The notes under the pieces were generated by a model. That model ran no database searches. It saw only the letters and a list, made by a program, of their open reading frames with translations, and was not told the DNA's origin. A stretch of DNA of 64,000 bases, from NCBI GenBank assembly GCA_964016885.1, contig OZ024746.1:34286001-34350000 (forward strand), given 5' to 3'. Positions within the stretch are counted from its first letter, which is position 1. Every line of letters starts with the position of its first letter. Shown piece by piece: positions 12,726 through 25,450 of this stretch. The position numbers and the translations under genes were made by a program. The DNA comes from Eledone cirrhosa (lineage: Eukaryota).

Positions 12726-15103
12726 TTAACGAATTTCTAAATTAAAAGACTGTTTGTTAGCTTAGGTGTTTAAACTTTATATCGAATATTCTATTTTTTC
12801 CTATAATTTTGAGGGAATTATTTAAACATACGTATTCGTTTATCTTTTAAAGATATTTAACGAAACACTACTCAATATAATACGGTTCTCTATTCAGATT
12901 ATTCATTATCATATATTATAGAATTTAGTATGTTGAACATTTTCAGAAACCTTAGCTCATTAATTCACTTGTTGTGCGATCAGTATTTCTTTTATACTGT
13001 AATTATTACTATTAATTACCTTTCAATATTTCCCTATCAGCAAATATTAAAATTTTATTTTTAATTCCGTATACGAGTTATTCCCCTGTTGAAGAATACT
13101 TAACATTTCTTGTTTTCTTGCATCACTTTCTTTTAATTACATTAATTGATTTTAATCAAATTACTAAACAAATATTCTCCCCCAACATACCCCCGACAAT
13201 CTCATAAATTATTCATGAAAAACGTAAAATGTGTTGTCGTATTCAGTTACCTATAACGTTTTATGTATAAGATAGGTTGTTCCTTTGGCTATTAATGCTA
13301 AAATCCACTAATTATTGTTTCATTAAAATTCAGATTCCTCTCCAATATCCAGTAAAACGATTATATATTGATGCGAATCTGACTATTTTAATTTGATTAA
13401 AACATCTTTTGAACAACATATATATGTCCCCAACATTGGAGTTCCTTATAATTAAAATTAACTTTGTTCTTAGCGAACGAAGCACCACTCAGTCTAGGAT
13501 GTAGTGGCTGTACCTCCTTATGTCCCTTTCTTACATTGATTGATCAATTTTATTTTTCCATTTCCATTTCTCTTTTCGTTCGTTTAATAGTAGGTTTTGC
13601 TTTGTTAAATACTACTCGATTATTTTTATATAATTATATCCTAGAAATTATAGGTTACCACGCCTTGCGGGAGTGCAGAACAAATATGACACAACCGTAA
13701 TTCCGACGTGATGACTATGTCTCCCTAGGGAGTACATGGTGGAAATGAAAAGCTAATGTATGCATTTGTCTAAAATAATTTTAGGCATATATAAACATAA
13801 TTCCTCTTATATAACTGCAACTTCAGTGAAGACGGAGTAGTGTAATTAAGACGGTCACCGTACAAACACATCATTTCTGCTTTATTCTCATTGTATCTCA
13901 CATTATCTGCGTGTCCTCTGATATAATGTGGACAAACTAACCAGCAACGAATCATCTACAAGAAATATGAGCTGTGTCCCCTTCAAATGACACCTTATCA
14001 TATTTAAACTGTTAGGTCTTCAAACCTCTAATACTTTTCGATATAATCTGCTATTACACGGCTGACCTAAGGCAGAACAAAGATCAAAACCTATAATCGT
14101 TCTTTTAGCTATATCCAGAAGGTGCAAACCATGGTAGTAAATCTCTGGAAGCGCGTATTTATGTATAAATGTGTATATGTGTTAATCTTTCAGAAATGAA
14201 CACTGGTAAGGAAACTTAAAACGAGTGTTACCGAATAAAGTCTTGGCCACTTGTCTCATACAAACACAGTGACGCCTAGATTGAAATATTAACCTATACA
14301 CAATCAAGCTATGTTTTAGGAATTGTGATATAAAATATATTGCTGATATTCTAATAAATAACCGCTACGACAATACTAATTTTTCTAGCATTGTTGAACT
14401 CCTTACCGTTAAAGGGCATGTAGATTAATTCGCCCTATCACTACTATGTGTTGTGATACACATCTGCCCTCATCCCCTCTCTTCCTAACTTTCTCTACTT
14501 ATCACTGTACTTTATTTTATTTTATTTTATTTTATTGTCATTTGTTCTATTTTATTTTCTTAAACGTAAATGCCATCTTTAAGTTGAACATCTCATTCCC
14601 GAATTCTACGGTACGCTGGAAAGACATCACCACAAACAATTTAAGCTTTCTGAAGACATGTGCTATATGATTAATATTGAATATGATTGAACAAATACAT
14701 AATGTTATCAGCATATGTAGGCTATTATAATAGACACAGAAAAATATGTTAAAGCCTATACATTCTTACTCACCTTTCTCGCCGAAGTCTATATTTTACT
14801 TAATGCAATACTTGCTTATATATATATTTAACGGGATCTTTTGCAATAAAAAAAGTCAATCTGTGAACGCAGAAGTAAATATTAAAAAAAAAAAAAACGT
14901 TGCAACCGAAGGAAGACAGGAAGACGATACTTTGGTCCGTGGAAACGTTCCCTTCACAAAACATACAGGTAATATATTTTACCTATACAAATAAGTCAAT
15001 CTACCATTACTTATTTTCACGAACCAAATTATCACCTTCCTGTCTTCCTTCGGTTGCAACGTTTTTTGAAATATTTACTTCTTCGTTCACAGATTGACTT
15101 TGT

Positions 15104-15868
15104 AGTTTTAGAAGATCCCGTTAAGGGTGAAGGCAGCGATTCTTTGCTTAAACTTTCATCTGTTATTTTAATAAATAGATATATATATATGTCTCGGGCG
15201 GGTAAAATTCCCGAGATCCATCGACGAGTTCTCTCCAGCGGTCTCTGACCCTCATTATCGCTGCCATGTCCTGCGTCTCCAAAAGACCAGTGTCTGTCCT
15301 TAGGGCATCAACATACGTTAACCTTGGCCTTCCTCTTCCAGTGTGTCCATGTAGGGGCTCCCACAGGAGCACTGAATGCAATTTCAACTCTGGATGTCGG
15401 TGAACATGTCCAGCTAACTTCAGTCTCCTCTGTGTCACTTTTGAGCTGACTTATATAATATAATATAAGCAAGTATTGCATCAAGTAATATGCTTATATT
15501 ATATCATATAAGTCAGCTCAAAAGTGACACAGAGGAGAATGAAGTTAGCTGAACATGCTCACCGACATTCAGAGTTGACATTGCACTCAGTGCTCCTGTG
15601 GGAGCCCCTACATGGACACACTGGAAAAGGAAAGCCAAAGTTAACGTATGTTGATACCCTAAGGACAGACACTGGTATGTTGGAGATGCAGGACATGGCA
15701 GCGATAATGAGGGTCAGAGACCGCTGGAGAGGACTCGTCCATGGATCTCGGGAATTTTACCCGCCCTAGATATATATATATATATGTATATATATATTTA
15801 TTAAAATAACAGATTAAAGTTTAAGCAAAGAATCGCTGCTTTCACCCTTAACAGGATATTCTAAAACT
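15104..15868. repeat. ~380 bp-arm fold-back containing two RTE-like LINE 3' ends
   Basis: ORFs 15163-15438(-) and 15524-15769(+) encode RRLKLAGHVHRH..GRGRPRLTYVD..RDRWRELV, typical of an RTE-clade ORF C-terminus. The arms meet at ~15485. Confidence 0.9.
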
Positions 15869-15872
15869 TCCG

Positions 15873-15916
<44 letters not shown>

Positions 15917-16060
15917 GTGTGTGTGTGTGTTAAAGTTGTTGTATACAATCTAATAATATATTGAATACCTTACTTAGAGTGATTACGCCCGACTCAAGCC
16001 GGCACTCACGCACACACACACACATGTATATATATCTGTCTGTGTGGGTTGGTGTTTGTG

Positions 16061-16097
<37 letters not shown>

Positions 16098-16208
16098 AAA
16101 GTTATATTTAAATTGTTGGGTTACAACTAGTAAATATTTATAACTGATATAAAAGCACTCAACAAGTATTTGGAGTATATTTACGATATTAAATAAATGG
16201 AAACTATA

Positions 16209-16311
16209 TTTATAAAACCATATCTATTTCATTATATATATTTCAGGGATATCATATTAACAATATGTTATGCCTTCTTCAGACAAAATACAATATAGAC
16301 AGTTTTATAAA
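16209..16311 (-). ncRNA. Type I hammerhead ribozyme in PLE 3' pLTR
   Basis: UAUUUUGU-CUGAAGA-AGG..CCU-GAAA-UAUAUA-UA/AUGAAAUA. Stem I extends via UUUAUAAAAC/GUUUUAUAAA. Confidence 0.75.
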
Positions 16312-17576
16312 TAAATAGATTTGACATACCGTTCAACATCGACTTGTATTTGAAAAAGTAGATTTGGCAGTGAAAAATTGTAAACAGAAAGAAAGAAAGA
16401 AAGAAGGAAAGAAAGAAAGAAAACGAAGAAAAAGAAGAAATGCATGCAACTAAATAGAGAGATGGAAAGATAGATAAAGAGAAGAACTTCATGTAAAGAA
16501 ACAGAGAGAGATATATAGAGAAAGGAAATAGATAGAGATAGATATATATAGTGAAAAGTAGGTAGTTGAACATCCGTTGAATGACGTATCAATGATACAT
16601 TTATTTATTTATTTATTTATTTAGCTCTAGTATTAATGTAAGGGAGATATATGTGGTTAGGAGAGAAACCAGCCGTTATATATAGAGAAAAAATGAAAAG
16701 TAACCAGACATAGGCGAGGCAGAATTTAAAAACCCTATGTTTCAATGTAGAAATATTAGTTCGTATAAAAACCAGGCACTATAATGTAAATATCAGTATT
16801 CATGAATGAGACACGTATCTATAATGTGTGAAAAGTAATGATCTTATGTCTAGTTTTAAAAATTCATATGTTTATATGATAACTACAAACATCGATGTGA
16901 ATTTACGTGATCAACTCTGCAAACTTCTATTTCACACGGAGAACATTCTCATTGTGCTATAAAAATTTAAGTATACATATATGTGTATATATACACATAT
17001 ATATAGAGTCTATATTAATTTTAACAATACTATTCTTGTCTTTACTTTACCTGATTATCTATCAAGCAGAAATAGAGAACAGATTTCAATATATTAATAA
17101 ATATATCAGAAACAAAAACAAAAAATAATAATAATAAATAAATAAAACAGAAAACTAAAAAATATTACATATTAAAAATAAAAATATTAAAAATATTAAA
17201 AAATATTAAAATAATAAAAATAAAAACATAGTATGCCACGCAAATCGACCACAAAGATCAACCCTTCAAAATTAATTGACAATATATAAGCATCAGAGTC
17301 GAAAACAGATAAAACTAAAAATGATTTACCAAATCACGTCTAGCAGAAATCATTTCAAAAGTTTAGGATACCCATTTGGTCTACATATGTTCTTATATTT
17401 AATATAGAAGTTTATCTAGTGTAACATTTATTCGATATATTTGGAGCATCAACTTTTAGGGTAGTTTAATTTTTCCTGAAGAATGTTTAAAATAAAAATA
17501 AAAAGAAGAATAAAAAGAAGAAATCAAAAGATTTATCGGCTAGTTTCCTAAATAATTACAAATCAAACTAAATATA

Positions 17577-19769
17577 CTACATTTTAAATTTAAATTTATA
17601 TTTAAAAGTTGAGTTCAATCTATGTTTGCAGCAACTGAATAAATTTGTCCGTAGATTAAGGGAATTTTTAGATTTTAGTATAAAGAATATCTCCTCCGCG
17701 CAGAGGTCACATGTCTCAGAGGATGAATTAAAAAGAATCCCTCTTTAGACTATATTCCAAGCCGTCGAATATCTAACGTTATCTTGTCTAAGTTGCCAGA
17801 GTACGCCTGATAGTGCTGTTGAAGATTTTTTGCTTGGATCTGTGAAAGAATTCTTGTGGTTATTATAGCGAAGTTTAAATTCCGTCGATGTGGAACCAAC
17901 GTAGTTAAAAGAATTAGAGTCCGTTTTAACATTACAGTTGTATATTATATTTTTAACTAAGCAGTTGTTATTTAACGGACATTTAGATCTATCTCTACAG
18001 TTACATTTGTTAACTTGTATATTATTTATGCTATTATCGCTAGGTTTTAAGTTCCTATTATTTATTCTATTAATATTTTGTGCTAAATTTTTGGTGGATG
18101 AGTAGATTAATTTTATAGTATGTCTATTGAAAATTGAGTGATACCTATGTGTTCTAGGGAAGCGATTATCAAGAGCTTTAAAAAATAGTTTAGCGATGTG
18201 GGTTTTAATGTTTAGTGAGAAAGGGGGGGCAAACCATATTATGTTCCTAGTTCTATTTCTTTTTTGGCTTTTGGAATTATTGTAATGCTTTCTATTATAG
18301 TTGTTAAGGTTGTTATTTTGTTTAGTTTGTCTATCATTATCTATGTACATAATTTTATCACTATATCCTGCTCTAGCTAACGCTTCATTGTAGTACTGGG
18401 CTTTTTCGTCGAAAATCTTTCTATTAGACGAGATTCTAGAGATACGTTTTTGAACAGAGTTTACTATAGTATTTTTAACAGATCTGGGGTGGTTAGAGTT
18501 AAAGCTGACATAGTTTAAGTTTTCATTCAACTTGTGAAATGGATAGTGAAGACATGTGTTTAGATTTAATGTTATATCTAGGAAATTGACTATTCTATGG
18601 TTGTTCTCAATTTCTATTTTTAGATTAAAGTAATTAAAAAATTGTGTAATTTGTTTTCTTTTTCTATTTAGTTCAGAGTTATTATTAGCAATAAGTAAAA
18701 GCATGTCATCTCTATATAAACCTCCGGTAGTACCAGGTATTTTCCTATGCAGCGAATTGATTAAAAATAAGCCCACAAGGTCAGTTACCTGAGCTGAGTC
18801 GGATGATCCCATAGTAATGTCAAAATTGCTATCTCTATCTGCTCTGGTCCATAGTTGGTCATTAAATTCTATCAATGTTTTCCTAGCCGATAATATAATG
18901 TGCATTTCATTGCTAGTTAGGTCTGTATGTTTGAATGCGTAATTTAGTGCCTTATTTAGTAGATTAGGGGTAATAGAAGAATAATAGTTAGCAATATCAA
19001 GTTGAATAAACTTATTATTATTGTTATATTTAATTTGCTTAAACCACTCAACAACCTCTCCAGTTCCCTTCCACAAGCTCAGGTTAGGTAAACAATCCAA
19101 GTTTTTAATTTGCTGTATCACCCTGTCAAGAATGTTTTTGCTTAATTTACCCAGGTCCGATTTTGATGGTGCGATCAATCTAACTGGCATGTCATTTTCA
19201 AAATTCCTTTTGTGATCTTTCATATTGATCTTCGGTTTCCTGGGCACAAAAGGTTGTGTTCTGCTCTCAATTTCCAACTCGTGCATTATACAAGATGCTT
19301 CAACATTCATTTTCTCAAGCTCGGCCTTATCTGCTACCTTGTACTTTTTCCTCAGTTCTTTCAGTATGAGGCCATTATACATGTCTTTCTGCACTCCATA
19401 GAGGTTGTTGGTCTTGTCAGATTTCACCAAGATCTTCTCAGTTTTCTCTAAGCTCTCAATATTATCCTTAATGCCTTTCAGATATTCCTGGTCTTTGAAG
19501 TTTCTCTTGAATTTGACTCCTTTTATGATAGAAATTATATCGTTTTCAAAGTCAGATAAAAGTTTATTAGGGGGTGGATTTCTTTTAGATTTGAAAACTT
19601 TGTTTAAGTCCGAGACATTTTCATTTATATTAGATTTATCAAAGTGGAATGCTCGCCACCTGATTCTCCTTATAAAAGAGTCAGATTTATCTATTAATTG
19701 TTTTATAAAGTCTTTGTTTCTAGGTAGAGGTATGTCTTTTAGAGAGGAAGTAATCTTAAAGAATTCCAT
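17577..19769 (-). pseudogene. PLE reverse transcriptase-GIY-YIG endonuclease ORF with one in-frame TAA
   Basis: 674 aa ORF with RT motifs (QLDIANYYSSI, ITMGSSDS, GLYRDDML, FLDITL), a CNCR..CPL..CL linker and GIY-YIG (NIIY...YVGST..FKLRYNNH). After TAA at 17745-17747 the same frame continues for 55 aa (RGILFNSSSETCDLCAEEIFFILKSKNSLNLRTNLFSCCKH...) to TAG at 17577. Confidence 0.93.
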
Positions 19770-21180
19770 TTTTTTCAGTTATAATATAAAGCGCTCAACA
19801 GTATTGGAGTAAGATACGTGGACAGTTATATTTAAATTGTTGGGTTACAACTAGTAAATATTTATAACTGATATAAAAGCACTCAACAAGTATTTGGAGT
19901 ATATTTACTAGCCGATAATATTTTGGAGTATATTTACTAGCCGATAAATCTTTTGATTTCTTCTTTTTATTCTTCTTTTTATTTTTATTTTAAACATTCT
20001 TCATGAAAAATTAAACTACCCTAAAAGTTGATGCTCCAAATATATCGAATAAATGTTACACTAGATAAACTTCTATATTAAATATAAGAACATATGTAGA
20101 CCAAATGGGTATCCTAAACTTTTGAAATGATTTCTGCTAGACGTGATTTGGTAAATCATTTTTAGTTTTATCTGTTTTCGACTCTGATGCTTATAATGAA
20201 CTTGGCAATATATTGTCAATTAATTTTGAAGGGTTGATCTTTGTGGTCGATTTGCGTGGCATACTATGTTTTTATTTTTATTATTTTAATATTTTTTTAT
20301 ATTTTTAATATTTTTATTTTTAATATGTAATATTTTTTAGTTTTCTGTTTTATTTATTTATTATTATTATTTTTTGTTTTTGCTTCTGATATTTTTATTA
20401 ATATATTGAAATCTGTTCTCTATTTCTGCTTGATAGATAATCAGGTAGAGTAAAGACAAGAATAGTATTGTTAAAATTAATATAGACTCTATATATATGT
20501 GTATATATACACATATATGTATACTTAAATTTTTATAGCACAATGAGAATGTTCTCCGTGTGAAATAGAAGTTTGCAGAGTTGATCACGTAAATTCACAT
20601 CGATGTTTGTAGTTATCATATAAACATATGAATTTTTAAAACTAGACATAAGATCATTACTTTTCACACATTATAGATACGTGTCTCATTCATGAATACT
20701 GATATTTACATTATAGTGCCTGGTTTTTATACGAACTAATATTTCTACATTGAAACATAGGGTTTTTAAATTCTGCCTCGCCTATGTCTGGTTACTTTTC
20801 ATTTTTTCTCTATATAACGGCTGGTTTCTCTCCTAACCACATATATCTCCCTTACATTAATACTAGAGCTAAATAAATAAATAAATAAATAAATGTATCA
20901 TTGATACGTCATTCAACGGATGTTCAACTACCTACTTTTCTCTATATATATCTATCTCTATCTATTTCCTCTCTCTATATATCTCTCTCTGTTTCTTTAC
21001 ATGAAGTTCTTCTCTTTATCTATCTTTCCATCTCTCTATTTAGTTGCATGCATTTCTTCTCTTTCTTCGTTTTCTTTCTTTCTTTCCTTCTTTCTTTCTT
21101 TCTTTCTGTTTACAATTTTTCACTGCCAAATCAACTTTTCAAATACAAGTCGATGTTGAACGGTATGTCAAATCTATTTA

Positions 21181-21283
21181 TTTATAAAACTGTCTATATT
21201 GAATTTTGTCTGAAGAAGGCATAACATATTGTTAATATGATATCCCTGAAATATATATAATGAAATAGATATGGTTTTATAAA
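21181..21283 (+). ncRNA. Type I hammerhead ribozyme, copy in inverted pLTR
   Basis: CUGAAGA at 21210 and GAAA at 21248. Near-identical to 16209-16311. Confidence 0.72.
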
Positions 21284-21307
21284 TATAGTTTCCATTTATT
21301 TAATATC

Positions 21308-21388
<81 letters not shown>

Positions 21389-22729
21389 CATATATGCGTG
21401 TGTGTGCGCAAATAAGTAGATATGACTGTCAAATACATAAGTCTGAATGTAGATACAACTGGATCAAACGCAACGTAATCACAAATAGCCCACTTGTAAA
21501 TGAAACACCCATGGAAGAAGACCGTCGAATACCAACCCATAAGCAATACACTTACTGAAACAAAGCCAACTATCTACTAAACTATACTGGATTTAACCCA
21601 TCATCTATATTTCCTGACTCATATTCCCTAAATTAACAACAATCCATCTTAATTACCGTTACGGTGGGATATATTTATTTTCGGATATATTTATTTGCGG
21701 CTGTCACTATGACGCAGTTACTCTATAAACTCAAACAACATTTATTATTATCTGCAATGACTATGACCCATAGAATTATTTAGTAAGTGATGCTGTTACA
21801 TTTCTTGTTTTTATCAATTTGCGCGTGTTTCGTTGAATTGGCAACGTAGTGATCCTTGCATCACAGTTAAATGGAACTATAACGGTATAAACCGTTCAAA
21901 TTCGGAACATTGGCTAGTGGTCTGAAGATATGATGTAGCTCTTTGAGAAAAAAAATCAATGTAGCGTTGTATCACAGTATATTTTACTTTTAGCCATTGT
22001 ATACATTCTGTGCAAGTACTTTGGTAGGGATCGATATGAAACCAATAGACCGTTGAAAGTGCTACATGTAGGACTGTTTTTAGTATGGTTGTGACAAATA
22101 GTATATTGAGGTATCAACATATGACACCTGCTTGGTGTTTGCTATTTTGGAAGCAGGTGAATATCGAATGGTGTGTATTCTCTGATTGTGATAACATTAA
22201 CTGATATATATTTCTAGATTAAATGTCATTTTAATTCATCTTTATGTGAAATTTTATAACCTATAGGCGTCAAAGTGTCTCTATTTTTGTACGTTCACAC
22301 GTCCTTATTCGATGTTTATAGCAGATCATTTGAATCAAGATAACACGTTTAATGTTATTTATTTCGTTATAGCTAATGAATTGAAGTAATAGCATGTAGG
22401 AGATAATTATTCGAATGATGCTTCAGAAGATATCCAGTTTAATGCTGCAGATAATATATTTATTCTAGAATTTTTACTTACGAAAATACATACGTGTCAT
22501 TATTTTTATGGAAACCAATGAGTCCAGATCGTTCTGATATCATGCATCATTTTTGTTTTGTTTTATTCGTAAATTGACAAAGAATGCAGATATAACACAA
22601 ACGGGTGTAGAAAAAAGAGAATACAGGGAGAAATGGAATGGGTGTTTGAAAGAGAAACAGGAGTGAGAAACATAGAAATAGGACTGGTAGAAAGATAGAT
22701 AGATAGGAGTGTTAGAAAGATAGAACGAT

Positions 22730-22764
<35 letters not shown>

Positions 22765-22929
22765 GAAAGGGAGAGAGAGAGCGTGTGTGTGTGTAAGACA
22801 GATATGGGGGAATGAGAGAGAAAGTTGGGTAGGAGAGAAAAGTTCTATATTATTTTCTCATATCTTTTTCTATTTTTTGGTAGTAATTGGCTGATTGGAT
22901 AAAATTAGTTTCAGTTTTAGTTTCGTGGT

Positions 22930-23400
22930 AAATTAGTTAAGTAATGGTTAGGATAGTGTTAGTTGTTTTCATTAGGTTTTGTTTATGGCTATCATATATA
23001 TTTGAGGTGAGTAAACAGATATTTTGCATATGTATATTTAGGTTATCTGGAATTGTAAGTTCCTTCCCATAGTCCACTTTCAAACAAAGGAAGAATTGCT
23101 TTGGATTATTTTGGAACAATCTGTTCTCCTCAAACTGTTTATTTCTGTTCACTTAAACTTTTATTTTTGACAAAAGGCTTCTACTTTTATGGTTCTATTA
23201 CTGTATACAATCCATTGTTCTATTACTGTATAGAATCCTCCTTGTTTGATACTTCTTGTGTATTGCCTCTCGATCTGCCTTTTTTCCGTTTTCCCATTAT
23301 CCTCTAAACTATTGCCCAATTTTACTTACATCTTGCTTTAAGCGATTTATGTCATTTTCAATGCGACGTTTTTGTCATGGATCTTTTGCCTAACTCTTCT
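22930..23400 (-). mobile_element. R4/Dong-like LINE fragment
   Basis: NRNKQFEENRLFQNNPKQF matches the decayed frame at ~44085-44150. Confidence 0.55.
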
Positions 23401-25416
23401 AGTTATACATTTTCAACAAATATTGGAATGGATCGCATTATCATTATTTCGATAAAATAAAGTACCAGTCACAAACTGGGTCGATTTGATAGACATTTTC
23501 TTCCTCCAAAATTACTGAACTTGTGCTTATATCAGAAACAATTGTTATTATTATGTTTTTGCATTGTTTTTATTATTAGTCTATATCAATAATATTAAAA
23601 TTTGACGGGTCTGCAATTTATCTCTACTACATATCACAGCAGCATCGTATTCTAAAATGAAACTATAATCAAAAGATTGGCATCAATCACACACCTCTTA
23701 TTAAGTTGCAGCTGTGCACGTTAATGAACGTATAATCGATTCGTCAGTTTCAATAGCGTGTATTGTTTGAAGAACTGAACCAATAGCCATGTTATAATCC
23801 TACACATACTAATCGTCTAAAGTCTATCTGAATTCTAAGGAATATTAATCTGGAAATTTTGGCAAACGGCCACCATTAGATTTCTTTTAATGAAGTAAGA
23901 TATGTAGCTTTGATGGACTCCAGGGTATTACTGCTACGTGAATTTTGTGCTCAAGTGCCGATGTTCATTAAATTGCATTTGCTATTTCCACGGTTGCAAT
24001 TAAAATAATTTTTTAAGGATATGAAACTGTCGTTTAAAATGAAGGTGTAGTGTAATATTTGTTATGAACGATACAACGATATATACTCTGTTTTCTTTCT
24101 CGATCTGCTCGAAGTATCATCCATCCCCAGCCCTACACATCATACCTTATAATTTACATAGATAGAAAATTCAGATACAATGTATTTCTGAATAAATTTT
24201 CTGAAAAATAATTATTTTGATCATTTGATTTGATTTAGAACCTGACCAAAACGTAAACAATAACATTGCCTAGCTTTCATTAAATGGACGCATGAGATGT
24301 TTCGATGTTTCTTGTAAGGAATATTTGATTTATATCACTGCAACAAATTGTGTAATGTAGCATACTGGCAGATTAATGAGAACATTATTTATAGCATCAA
24401 CCACATTGAACAGCATTTCCCTTCTGAAATATGAGATAATATCATACATTAACCCCCTTAACCAACTTAATCATGAAATCCCAACATGGCAAGACAGATG
24501 TGCAAGGTATGTGTGTATTGTTTATATCCACCTTTGGGGTTTCAATGGTAATATTATCTGACCTGTTTCTTATCATGTATAGAGGATGAAGTAAATTATC
24601 CTTCTATTTCTAACAAGTCAACCGACAGCCTAGATATTTGAGTAGACTTGTTCGATTGAAGGAATAACAATATATAACGTCAACGGAATATATCACGTTA
24701 CGTCTGTGTGGAAGCGGATTGATGAATCAATTTAAAAAAGGGAGTGTGACGATGAATATTTTCAGTAGTTAGTTATGATCAATTATATTTTGGGGTTAAA
24801 TTACCTGGGAAGAAGAGATGCCCATATGCCGCAATGCCACATCCGTGTCAACTAGTAAATAAAAGACATACAATGAATTCTAGAAGTCTTTTGTGCCTCA
24901 AATTCAAAACGTTCGATTTTTTACTTGGATGCTGTCTCGAGAAAGGCGGAGGATTGTGCAATTATTAGACGAAGGATGAAATTCCTTGTGGTATACATAC
25001 CGGCTTTCGGATCATAAATTATTCAGTTTTCGATTTGCATCTCATCATGTCCAGACGGATATTAATGTGCTATCCCAGAAGTGAAGAATATTTTCCTCTA
25101 CATTTTACTTTCTCTTTCCTTCTCGCTCTCACTCCCTCTCGTTTTTTAAATTTTACCCGAAATTCAAAGTCCATGTTTAACTCACAGCCTCACGCTAATT
25201 TTGGCATAGTAATATGTAAAGTGTATGTGGCTAAAAATACTAACACACGTACGTTATAAATTAAAGATCAGTTCAAGCAACTGAATGTTCATCCTCAAAG
25301 AGAACAAAGAACACACACACTAACGTTGTACATATAATTGTCAGTAGAAATTGGGCGAAAACAAATAACACTGACAGTAGCATTCGAAGTGTAGAGACAT
25401 GCATACTCACACACGT

Positions 25417-25450
<34 letters not shown>

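Larger units (their letters stand above)
16097..21310 (-). mobile_element. Penelope-like retroelement with long 3' UTR/pseudo-LTR and inverted upstream pLTR, inserted in (TA)n
   Basis: Contains an RT + GIY-YIG ORF. 16182-17545 is the reverse complement of ~19937-21310. 16100-16184 is directly repeated at 19824-19909. (TA)n tracts flank both ends (~16066-16095, ~21309-21383). Confidence 0.95.

Noticed and set aside
17745-17747. Selenocysteine recoding as in some Naiad PLEs
   Set aside because: The stop is TAA, not TGA.
16268-21224. Paired small ORFs (16305/20901, 16907/20367) as duplicated genes
   Set aside because: They are low-complexity frames duplicated only because they lie in the inverted pLTR arms.
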